Of a DNA stretch of 64,000 nucleotides, positions 22,881 through 32,716 are shown piece by piece. Under the pieces are notes generated by a model. That model was not told the DNA's origin, made no database searches, and saw only the letters and a list, made by a program, of their open reading frames with translations. This DNA is from Haliotis cracherodii. Lineage: Eukaryota. Made by a program: the position numbers and the translations under genes. How positions within the stretch are numbered: the first letter of the stretch is position 1; each line of letters starts with the position of its first letter. Location: assembly GCF_022045235.1 (NCBI RefSeq), contig NW_027266297.1:70060001-70124000 (forward strand), read 5' to 3'.

Positions 22881-25795
22881 TTTAGCGGTCCTCTGCGTCC
22901 TCGCCCCCTCTGTCCTGGGCGTCCGCTGCTCCCGACCCCCGTCGTGGTCGGTGGATGGCGTGCGCCCGATGGAACAGTTGCGCGGCAATGTGACGTTGGT
23001 GGCGCTGCTAAAGGCTAGCTGATCCTTCTGTAGAACCCAGGCCGCAAGGTGAGTGTTGCTGTGTTAAAGAAGCACTTCGAGTGGTAACAACACTACCAGT
23101 GATAAAATGTATCTTCATTTCTTGATGCCTGACGCCATCCCCGATTATCCAGAGCATTATATATCCATTCAGTTTTAATTCCCTGAACGCATTCTCTACC
23201 ATGGCTTTGTTTGGGAAGTGACGCAACCCCATCGCTGCTATTTTTAACCTGGCACAGAATGTTTGTTTGTTTGTTTGTTAAACGCCGCACTCAGCAATAT
23301 TCCAGCTATATGACGGCGGTCTGTAAATAATCGAGTCTGAGCCAGACAATCCTGTGACTGATGCCATGAGCATCGATCCACGCAACTGGGATACGATGAC
23401 ATGCATCAACCAAGTCAGCGAGCCTGACCACCCGATCCTGTTAGTCGCCCCTTACCACAAGCATAGTCGCCTTTTACGGAAAGCATGGGTTGTTGACATC
23501 CTATTCTTACCCGGATCTTCACGGGTATGGCACAGAATGTCTCTCGCTGCTCAGAGTAATTTGATTGGACGCTTTTGTTTGCGTCGTGATGTTCGAATCG
23601 ATCTGAGAACTGATGTTGGATCCAGGGTGTTTATCATCATAGAATGGCCTGAATCGTGATCGTTTGTGGAATCTTTTTTTTATGACTGTTAAACTACAAG
23701 TCTTCCTAGGATATATGCAATGAATAGAAATACAATAACCTCTCAGTTAATGTAAGAATATGACATATCCTTATTCACTCACTCACTCATTCCCCTTCAG
23801 TCTGGAAGTTCTCCGGGGTTTGTTTGCTGATCACAACATGCCCGACATCAACATGATCATCATCAACGCCTACGACAACGCCTCCCTCGCCCTGTACAAC
23901 GAATTCGCCAGTCTGGTCACCTTCCCCGTGTACCAGGACACCCCACAGCTTGGACTCTGGGAACGGGTCTACGGCGGCCACAAGGACGATTTCTTCATAT
24001 TTGACAGGTCGGGAACTTACTAACTTGGCAAACTGGCATTACAAATTAAAACCAGTAGTTCCTTCATGGAACGCTCATTCTTGCAGACTCGACAGCCTTC
24101 ATACCATGAGTGGATCCTTGGATCGACTCGAAAGTCGGGTAACTTCGTCTTGGGTTGTTGTGCCATTCATCAAGTGTTTATTATAGAAAGCGGGTCACAT
24201 TTGGGCTCGAGTCTAAAATAGAATATCAAACACTGTCTGAGATAATGGGTGCAGTATTCAGTAGCTAGACAACTATACGTCAGTTTTTATACAGTTTGAC
24301 AATTCTGTCCCCTGACCTTGAGGATTACCAGGGGAAGCCCCCTTCTGTTGTAGTAACTGGTCCCACTGACAATAACTTAATTCGGCATCGATTTTCCCCT
24401 TCTAGGTGTGGACAACAGACCTACCATATCCAGTTTCCGATGACCTACCTTCAGTACCACTACACCCAGAGTGCTCTCATTGCAACCTACCGGGACAGCC
24501 CTTGCTACTGTCGGCTCAACTCCCAGCACCATCAAGGTCATCAAGGTCAACGAGGTCAACGAGGTCAACGGGGTCGACAAGGTCACGGCCACGGCCACGG
24601 CCAGTCCTCCTCTCGTCATCATTCCAACTCCAATCATCAGATGCAGGGAGATGATCCTACAGTACAACGTGTGCCCTCCAGATCTCCCAGATGTCAAGAC
24701 CTTTTATGTAGGATTCTCAGAAGACTGAGACGTCAGAACAGGCTTAACCTGAACAGAAATAGCTATTCCCATCGCCACAGGCAGCACTGAGCCTGCCCCA
24801 ACTCCCCTTCCACGACCCTTGTACCTACTCATGATTGTCTGTGCTCCTCGCAGGAGTCGAGCCGCAGATGATCGTGTTACCAGCAGCTGACTGACCTCGG
24901 CGACAGTCGTCCTGTGGGCTGGAGGTGTTCCTGACATCGCCCATCTGCAGCTCTGAAGGACAGATGTCTCTGTCAGTCCTGCAGACATCAGTCACGCCAA
25001 TCCAAACCCTGACGTCTTGAGAACAGGTGACAGTGACGTCAGCAGAGTGATCTGTCACTGAAACGTTGTCAGTGACCGTCAGTCACAGAATCTAGGTGCA
25101 GCTGACCATCCTTTGGCGACTGTGAGTGCCGTTTTAGACATGACACTTGATCATGATCTTCAACGGTTGCCCGTCGCTGAAGCTGCCCTAGTGGCCCTGA
25201 GTGCTGACAGTGTCTCGAAGGGGGTCAGGACTGTCAGTGACCAAGGTCTGGATCTGCTTGACAGTGACCAGGTACAGGGTCCTCCTGACAGTGACAGCTT
25301 CAGACACCTGAGGGGTCATCCTCATCCTGACAGTGACCAACTGGGTTGGGGGGTACCTGACATTGACAACATAGCTCAGGACAAAATCCATCGTCTTGAC
25401 AATGACCTTCAGGTCTAGGGTCCCCTTGACAGTGACAAGGGCAGGTCGCTAGTGGTGCAGGTTCATTGTACCAGTGACAGGCACATGAGTCAGGTTCAGT
25501 TTCCTGACAGTGTCAGACTCAGCAACAGTCCTGAGACTGACCATCTGGACTGGCAGGTTCTTGACAATGACAAGGGCAGTCCAGTTCTTCTTCCATCTCC
25601 TGTTCCTGACCGTCTGGTTTAGAATCCTGACAGTGACAAGGTCACAACTCAGGTGTGTCCTCTCCATCCACCTGAGTGTGATCGGAGAGCGGCAGGTCCA
25701 CCTCCCGAGTCACGTGACAATGACCTCTCCGATGACTTCCCTCTCTGGGTGCTCCTTGACAGTGACCCATAGGAAGAGGCGCTGAATGACAGTAG
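22855..25795 (+). CDS. SELENOP: Selenoprotein P with 43 in-frame UGA (Sec) codons, ~596 aa
   Basis: Coding exons: 22855-23048 (signal peptide MRGPRALLALAVLCVLAPSVLG...VTLVALLKAS-U-SFC, UGA at 23020-23022 forming UxxC); 23801-24007 (...PVYQD...LWERVYGGHKDDFFIFDR); 24406-25795 (CGQQTYHIQFP...His/Gln/Gly-rich linker, then 42 in-frame TGA with no TAA/TAG until the TAG at 25793). Total 1791 nt = 597 codons. The motifs match the SelP N-terminal domain (VALLQASU, KDDFLIYDRCG). Two SECIS elements lie downstream. Confidence 0.96.
23263..23527 (-). mobile_element. SINE family A copy with 13-bp TSD
   Basis: Flanked by TGGCACAGAATGT (23250-62 and 23528-40). Confidence 0.9.
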
Positions 25796-25973
25796 TCTGT
25801 CACTAGCTTCCACTTGCCAACCCTATACTTCCTCCTCTAAATAATTGTTGATTCCAAACGATCCTATCCCTGAAATTGAAAGCAAATGTCACACATATAG
25901 AAGTTTGTTATCAACAGTTGTCCTGTATCTTTCTCCTCTACCACTATGAACTTCTTAGCTGTCCAGAAAGAGG

Positions 25974-26038
25974 CCAGTGTTAATGAAAGCATTAGGGATA
26001 AAACCTGGCGGTCTCCCAATGAAGGAAGTGAGAACTGG
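25974..26038 (+). promoter_or_regulatory. SECIS element 1 (type II) of SELENOP
   Basis: Helix I CCAGT(25974-78)/ACTGG(26034-38); core ATGAA(25983-87)/GGAA(26024-27); helix II CATT-A-GGGA/TCCCAATG; apical AAAA plus mini-stem ACC/GGT. Two mismatches sit next to the core. Confidence 0.72.
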
Positions 26039-26475
26039 GGTATCGCTGGACGTCTAAGGACAACATAAGGCAGAGATCATCCATGTTGCATTACCATCGA
26101 TCTTTGTATTCATCTTTCATCACAAGGTGGGGCACATTACAAAACACGTAAAACTTTCATCGGACGAGTGAATGGTAGTGAACATATATTTCTTGAAGTG
26201 TTTTTTTCTGCTTTGTCCTGTGCCTCTGTTTTGACATGATCTGATTTTTAATGTGTTTAAGTATTTGTGGGTGGTTTTATTCAAAGGATGTGAAATAAGT
26301 GTTGAACCTTACCCTTCAATGTCATCAAAAAATTGCATTCCAAATTCCAAATTCCAAAGATGACCAACTATCAAGTGTTGGTCTTAATCCTACTGGACCA
26401 TTTCAATGTTTTGTGTGAGGGACATATTTGGGTCAGGTTGCAACATTTGTGTTGTAGTATCGTCAACTAATGAAA

Positions 26476-26571
26476 CTGTAGCTATTGCCTCCCACCGAGA
26501 ATGAGAAGCCATTACAAAACTTGGAAAAGGGTACTGGTTTTGATCAACTGGTGAGAATGCAATAGATACAG
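26476..26571 (+). promoter_or_regulatory. SECIS element 2 (type II) of SELENOP
   Basis: Core ATGAG(26501-05)/TGAT(26541-44); helix II AAGCCATTAC/GTACTGGTTT (9 of 10 paired); apical AAAA plus mini-stem CTT-GGAA-AAG; helix I CACC/GGTG; basal extension CTGTA-G-CTATTGC/GCAATAG-A-TACAG. Confidence 0.9.
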
Positions 26572-26596
26572 ACTCGAGGTTTTGTGTGAGTTTATG

Positions 26597-26602
26597 AATA
26601 AA
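26597..26602 (+). terminator. Polyadenylation signal of SELENOP
   Basis: AATAAA 26 nt after SECIS2, followed by GU-rich GATGTTGTTT (26621-26630). Confidence 0.7.
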
Positions 26603-26644
26603 ACCATTTGTCCTTACTTTGATGTTGTTTATTCTGGTATTAGG

Positions 26645-26804
26645 GGCGGTCGGGTAGCCTAGTGGTTAAAGCGTTCGCTCGTCACGCCGAAGACCCGGGT
26701 TCGATTCCCAACATGGGTACAATGTGTGAAGCCCATTTCTGGCGTCCCCTGCCGTGAAATGGCTGGAATATTGCTAACAGTGGCATAAAACCAAACTCAC
26801 TCAC
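26645..26804 (+). mobile_element. tRNA-derived SINE family B with 15-bp TSD
   Basis: Head GGCGGTCGGGTAGCCTAGTGGTTAAAGCGTTCGCTCGTCACGCCGAAGACCCGGGTTCGATTCCC (A and B boxes, GTC anticodon-like), (ACTC)n tail, TSD TATTCTGGTATTAGG (26630-44 and 26805-19). Confidence 0.9.
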
Positions 26805-27188
26805 TATTCTGGTATTAGGAAGAGTTGGATAGTTCCAGGATCCATGTACCTCAAGTTGCTGAAGACAACCAGTAGCCAGTGAGATGTGAGTAGCCTCTTG
26901 TCAAGAGGTCAAGAGCCTCATTCCACAATGCGATCTTTGAGCTACAACTATTGTTAGCCTGTGTAGAGTCTGATAGTTGCAGCTATGATTGTTTTTGTGG
27001 AACAAGGGTGTGAGGGTTGTCTCCCCTGATTGTCCTTCTTTCCAAGTTTCTTTCATCACCATACTCATCTTTCGGTAACCTTGTATGAGATGGGTTTGTC
27101 CAGGAATGGCACGAGTTGATCATAAATGTTCCAAGTCTATGGCCGTAAGATGTCTCCTGGGTTTCCTTCTAACGTATTCGGGGGCACT

Positions 27189-27448
27189 GGTGGCCCAGAT
27201 GTCCAAGGCGCCGTGATTCGCTGTCACTTGGACTCGCCAGAAACCTATGATTGTGGGTTCGAATCCTGGTTTGCCCCGATTAGGTTTCTAGGTCTGTCAG
27301 CACCATACCTTTGCTCGTGGGTTTCACTGAAGTGGTAAACGTCTGAGACCAGCATCACTCTGCACTTTCCTCCCACATTAAGCTGACACGCTGTGATATA
27401 ACTCGAATACTGTTAAAAGCGGCAGTAAACCCAACTCACTCAATCACT
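27189..27448 (+). mobile_element. tRNA-derived SINE family C
   Basis: A-box-like GTGGCCCAGATGTCCAAGGCG, B-box GGTTCGAATCC, body TTTCCTCCCACATT, shared tail and (ACTC)n. Minus-strand copies at ~48780-48985 and ~57600-57790. Confidence 0.75.
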
Positions 27449-27477
27449 CTAACATATTCTGCCTCAGGCAAACATGA

Positions 27478-27665
27478 TTGTTGTTGTTTGTTTGTTGTTT
27501 AACACCGCACTCAGCAATATACCACGAAATTGGGATATGATTACATACCAAGTCAGTGAGTCTGACCACTTGATCCCGTTAGTTGCCTTTTACGACAAGC
27601 ATAGTCACCTTTTACGGCAAGCATGGGTTGCTGAAGACCTATTCTGCCCCGGATCTTCACGGGTC
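27478..27665 (-). mobile_element. SINE family A copy (internally deleted)
   Basis: Both ends match the family consensus. Confidence 0.75.
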
Positions 27666-29334
27666 CAACATGGGCTTAGCCACCTTGCAGAAGTTGAAGG
27701 AAGACAAGTGTCAAAGTGTATCTGTTCTTGTGTGAAACTGATCATTTGTACTTATTGTTCCTAGGAGAATTATTTCCATGGAACAGATTTTACAAGGAAT
27801 ATTTTCATGAGACATTTACACTGGCAATATTTGTTATGGATGGAGCTTATTTGGTGTGGAACTGATCACCGTTGACACAAGCATTACAAAAATGTTGTAC
27901 TCGTGAAGGTAAAAAACTTTATTCTTTGGTCAACATCAGGCAAATAGACTGTTGATATACCTTTAAAATGTCAGGATATTATTTGGCACATAATAATATT
28001 AAAATGTTGTGTGCTGTTTAAGCACTTCAAATTAGTGAACATTTTGCATGTGGTACTTTTAAAAACTTACAATAGGATAACAATATTATTAATATACCAT
28101 ATACTGGCAGATTCACCAGAAACATGCTGAACGTCATGCAATCATCATTACAGCTGAACAAATATTATGCAGTAGTAAATAGCACCATCATGAGAAAAAT
28201 ATGTGTATTATAACAAAAGTTATGCGGAAGACTTACAAACTACACAAACTTTTCTAAATATTTTGAATAAACTTCAAATGGAACTGAGTAAGGTTCGATG
28301 TGCTCCAGTTCTACCTATACAGTTCACAATCAGACAAAAAACAGACAACAGGGTCAAAATCATCTAAAAGACCAAAAATTGGCACATAGAGTTAAGATAC
28401 TGGGCAGTGAATGGACGGAAAAAGCAAACATGGACATAGCACCAAACGTCGATTGTGACCAGAGTAACACTGCTGCTACTATCAACTGGACAGAATATAT
28501 ACCTAAGAGATATTACAGAGCAAGTATTTGAGATTGGTATCTCTTCATGAGAACAACAACTGTTGTGAACAATGGGCTTTTCATTAGAAAGGCTTAGTCT
28601 TTTATCTAATATTGTTTGCATAAAACATTTGGTGAGGCTTCAGCAGAGATATTTATAACATTTAACCATGGTAACAACAGAATATGGTCATATAAACTAC
28701 ATCGCGATCATCATTTGATTGACTGCAAGCACAAAACATAAAACTCAATGAGTCCCTCCACTGTAGAGAAGACGTAATGATAATACATACTTACGAACAA
28801 GATCCATGTCACATGGGAAACAACATGGCGCCCAAAGAAACAGTACATCATTGTATACTGAAATATCAGCTCTTGCAATAATATGTTCCCATTTTCCAAA
28901 TTCATCTGTATTGATCATTTCTTGGTTAAAAGATCTACACTGTAACTTATGCATCATGTTATGTATGAGTCATATGTTGAAGTTAAATGTTTCCCAGAAA
29001 AATACCATTTGGAATTCGAGATTGTCACCGACAGAAAAACATACTAAATGTTGAATTTTAACGCATGTGTCCAGGCAATTATGGAACAATTACAAGCTAA
29101 AGGCCAATCAGTAGTTATTTCATTATCTATTAAATCATTTAAAATAAACTGCTATCTGACATGTATATGACATTATTATGTCCTGCACCTGATTAGCATG
29201 GCCAAGAACTTTGCTGATTTTGACCTAATATTGCATATGACGTACATTGCAGTGGAATGAGCTGAGGCATCAAGACAATAGTACTCTGAAATTGTCTGGT
29301 GGCCCTGATTTTACACATTGATCTCTCGATCTTC

Positions 29335-32300
29335 TCACAACTCTTCATGTTCGTGTTCCTGGTCATCGTGGTGTGCTTGGTAGGGCAGATCCAATGGAGT
29401 TACCTCTTCCACTGCATCAAGTATAGCTTCTTTGATGTCGTCTACATCCACCCAGGGCCCCCAGGCATTAACCACATGTCCCTTGCCATCAACCAAGTAT
29501 TTCCAGAAGTTCCATGTGGGAGATTTGCCAGCCTCGGCTGAAATATCAAAAGTAACACATCACATAACACTGTCAGTGTTCAGAATAAAGGATGTTGGTC
29601 CATGTTCCTTGTCATAACTCCAATACTATAAAAATAAGAGATTTAGGAGCTCTCTAAACTTGCACTGTGCAATAGAAAACCAAAAACACCCCCATTAAAC
29701 TAGTGGTGGGATGATACACCGATGCCTTGGTGGATCACGATGTTTTACTTCTCCATACAAGTATCGATCACATCCGCACACTAAGTAAAAAGTATAGATT
29801 CTGGCCTTAAATGTTTGCTTTAATAACTGTTCCACTTAATACTAATCAGTAGTGCAAGTTAATAGTGAAAACATAACTATTTTCATTTGTTGTGCCATAC
29901 TTGACACTGCCAACTGTAAATCATCAGTGTACCAGGTATTTGGCCATCCTCTCTATGAAAAAGATGGCTTATGCACCACAGATAAGTGCACATGCAAGTA
30001 TCAGCTCATAAGTTGGGTATTGTGATACGTATCGGATCTCACAGTTGGTGTATCGTCCCAGCCCTACATTAAAACTGATTGTGGCAGATCATATTGAAGC
30101 TGACTGACACATTCAGTGAGTACCACTCTAATCATCATGGATTACAAAAAGAAGCACTGAAAACGTCTGCAAAACAAACTGTTCTGTTGACAAATCCTAG
30201 AAAAGATTGTGTAAATGCTGCAACACTAACTTAATCAATGTTGTCAGGAAAGATTTCTGTATTCATTAACAATAGATGAGGCTGTGTGGGCAGGATATTG
30301 AGAGATGTAATATTTCAAAAGTTGGTTTGTTGTTTAATGCCGCACTCAGCAATATTCCAGCTATATGACGGCGATCTGTAAATAATCGAGTCTGGACAGG
30401 ACAACCCAGTGATTAATATCATGAGCATCAATCCACGCAATTGGGATTGATGACAAGCATCAACTAAGTCAGCGGGCCTGACCACCCGATCCTGTTAGTC
30501 GCCTTTTACAACAAGCATAGTCACCTTTTACAGCAAGCATGGGTTGCTGAAGACCTATTCTACCCCGGAATCTTCACGGGTCAATATATATTTCAAAAGA
30601 ATATCAAGCAACAGGTAACACTTATTTTACCAATGAGCAGTTTCCATGCCTCTGGTACACTATCGCCGGTGACATCGATCTTGGCAAACATGGGGAAGTT
30701 CACCTTGTACTTCCGCTTCACAAACTGGTCGATGTCAGTGCTGCTCTGGAAGACCAAGAACACACATTGACGAAAACTGAGTATATTATTTCACGAAACA
30801 ACACTTGATGTCAGCTGACATACAGTATTACCAATTTTCACCTAAACATGATTATGGCTTTAATAGTTTCTATTTTTTGTTCATGTTTCACATGTGTTTG
30901 GACTTATGACTGAAAATCCCCACACTTTTCACCACCTGAAACCTGTATCTCATGACATGGAAAAACCTCCCTTTCAATGCAATGTTTTCTTTCTTCCTGT
31001 CACCCTGTGCAAACCTGTAGATCGATTTTTTTACTTGACATTTTGAACCAAAGAGCTACATGCAATGCAACGTTGTGATTGTGATATCTAACGAATGCTA
31101 ACAGGCCACAATTGTGATGCCCTGACAATGACTATTTAAGGACAGAAACTCGTTTCAACTATTTTACCTTCATCAAATCTCAATGAGAAAGTGGCTGCAT
31201 TGGCATATCTCAATTAATTTTATTTTTTGTTATAAAGACATCACTTGATCATTGTTGACGTTCAGAACTCCAAATAATCCCTTCCTAGCTCAGAACTTAT
31301 TACATTATTTCAGTCAGGATACCTATAATGCCTCAGAGCCTGCATCAGTGCTTCATGTTATTGTCAACTCATAATCAGAAGCCAATGAAAATACTAACCC
31401 CAGGCTCTTGAGAACCAAACTGGTTACAGGGAAAGGCAAGTACTGTGAACCGGTCAGTATGAACCAGCTCATTATGCAGTCTAACTAGGCCTTTGTAGTG
31501 CTGGTCAGTGTAGCCACACTCACTGGCCACATTCACCACCAGGGATACCTGCAATACACAAGTAACATGCACAATATGTTTTCAAACGGCATTTATAAGC
31601 AATGTTCACTAGTTTAGTTATAACTCTTGCATGCGCCAGAAGTGGAGACACCTGATTATCTCTTGGACCAGATACAGAGAGGCTAATTTATTATATGTCT
31701 TTATTTAATTTATATTTTCTGATAATGAGACTATTGATCAAAGAAACGTCAGTGGTAATAAATGATAATAAAGATGAGGTAAATAGAACAGCCTCAAGGC
31801 AAACTGATGCCTAATCAGGTAATAAATCATTTGATAAATGCCCTTTAATTTAGAGTCCGAATGATTCATTTTTTATCCTGAGGGGCGTATCCGGGCCCTT
31901 GGCTATCATTTGGGAGACAATATACTGACACACTGCATCTTGGTACACGAATCATTTAGTTTGTAGTTGTTGTGATGCTTTTCAAAGCATTCAGGAATAC
32001 AAGTCCCAATTTCTAAACAAGCTTTCCACTGATGGCGTAGTCTTTTTACTAAACAACTAGATATACACGTACATTATTTTTCAACTTATGACACAGCCCT
32101 ATGACATGAAGTAAGATCTGGGCTTACTGTAGAAATTTTAATGCACAGCCAACCATATAGCATGCTTACACCGTGAATTTAACCCACCTTTCCCTTATAT
32201 CTTTTCAATGGAACCAGATTTCCTCTCAGATCATACACGTCATACATGTAGAAATCTTTCGCCGGATCAAATTTCTTGTCGTCTGCAACGCTGCCCTGGT

Positions 32301-32409
32301 CATTTTCGAAGCATAAAGTTGCAACGGGAAAAATAGCTATGAAAATGATCGCAAACGATTGTATAAGTGTCATATCGCACTGGAATGGATTTGATTTTAA
32401 CACTTTCAT
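29335..32409 (-). CDS. GPX7: Glutathione peroxidase 7 (ER-luminal, Cys-type GPx7/8 family), 4 coding exons, ~229 aa
   Basis: Exons 32409-32188 (hydrophobic signal; alternative ATG at 32373), 31548-31399 (VSLVVNVASECGYT...VLAFPCNQFGSQEPG), 30745-30631 (YKVNFPMFAKIDVTG), 29537-29335 (PTWNFWKYLVD...EHEEL*). The catalytic residue is Cys (TGT). The KDEL-like HEEL C-terminus fits GPX7. Confidence 0.93.
29701..30066. mobile_element. hAT-like non-autonomous element
   Basis: Termini TAGTGGTGGGATGATACAC / GTGTATCGTCCCAGCCCTA; near-identical 8-bp flanks CATTAAAC and CATTAAAA. A related element lies at ~38634-38950. Confidence 0.6.
30322..30582 (-). mobile_element. SINE family A copy with TSD
   Basis: Flanked by ATATTTCAAAAG on both sides. 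Confidence 0.85.
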
Positions 32410-32479
32410 TGTCAAAACAGCCCTGGAGACAAGAGGGTTCCTCCCTTGAATAGCACACGTGTAACCCACAAAATGTCAA

Positions 32480-32716
32480 CAACGTGGAACCGGAAGTCTC
32501 GGAAAGTACCGTTGAGATCTCACACAGATTGTTTTGAGCTCGCTTGTTCAGCAACCAATCAACATTCGTCCAGTCGAATGATTGGCCAATAACAAAGCGG
32601 TAAACTTAAACATAGAACGAAGCTAAGTTCGTGTTTAGACACGCCGAGAGAAGAGTGAAACACGAGAGAACGAATGAAAGAAAATATATTTATTTGAGTG
32701 ATTAGCGGTTAAAGAA
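32480..32716. promoter_or_regulatory. Bidirectional promoter shared by GPX7 (minus) and CDC20 (plus), including CDC20 exon 1
   Basis: ETS site CCGGAAGT at 32490-32497; CCAAT at 32555-59, ATTGG at 32581-85 and CCAAT at 32586-90; donor GAA|GTGAGT at 32716/32717. The GPX7 ATG is only ~300 bp from this donor. Confidence 0.65.

Noticed and set aside
25113-25785. ORFs 25113-25418 and 25510-25785 (+) and the overlapping minus-strand ORFs
   Set aside because: Shadow frames of the UGA-rich SELENOP coding region (DSD and TVT repeats are TGACAGTGAC read off-frame).
23020-25795. Reading SELENOP as a pseudogene full of premature stops
   Set aside because: All interruptions are TGA, in frame and at Cys-like positions, with no frameshifts, intact splice sites and two SECIS elements.
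26645-26715. Apparent tRNA-Asp(GTC) gene (also at 37888)
   Set aside because: The acceptor stem is not complementary, and the sequence continues into a SINE body and tail flanked by a TSD.
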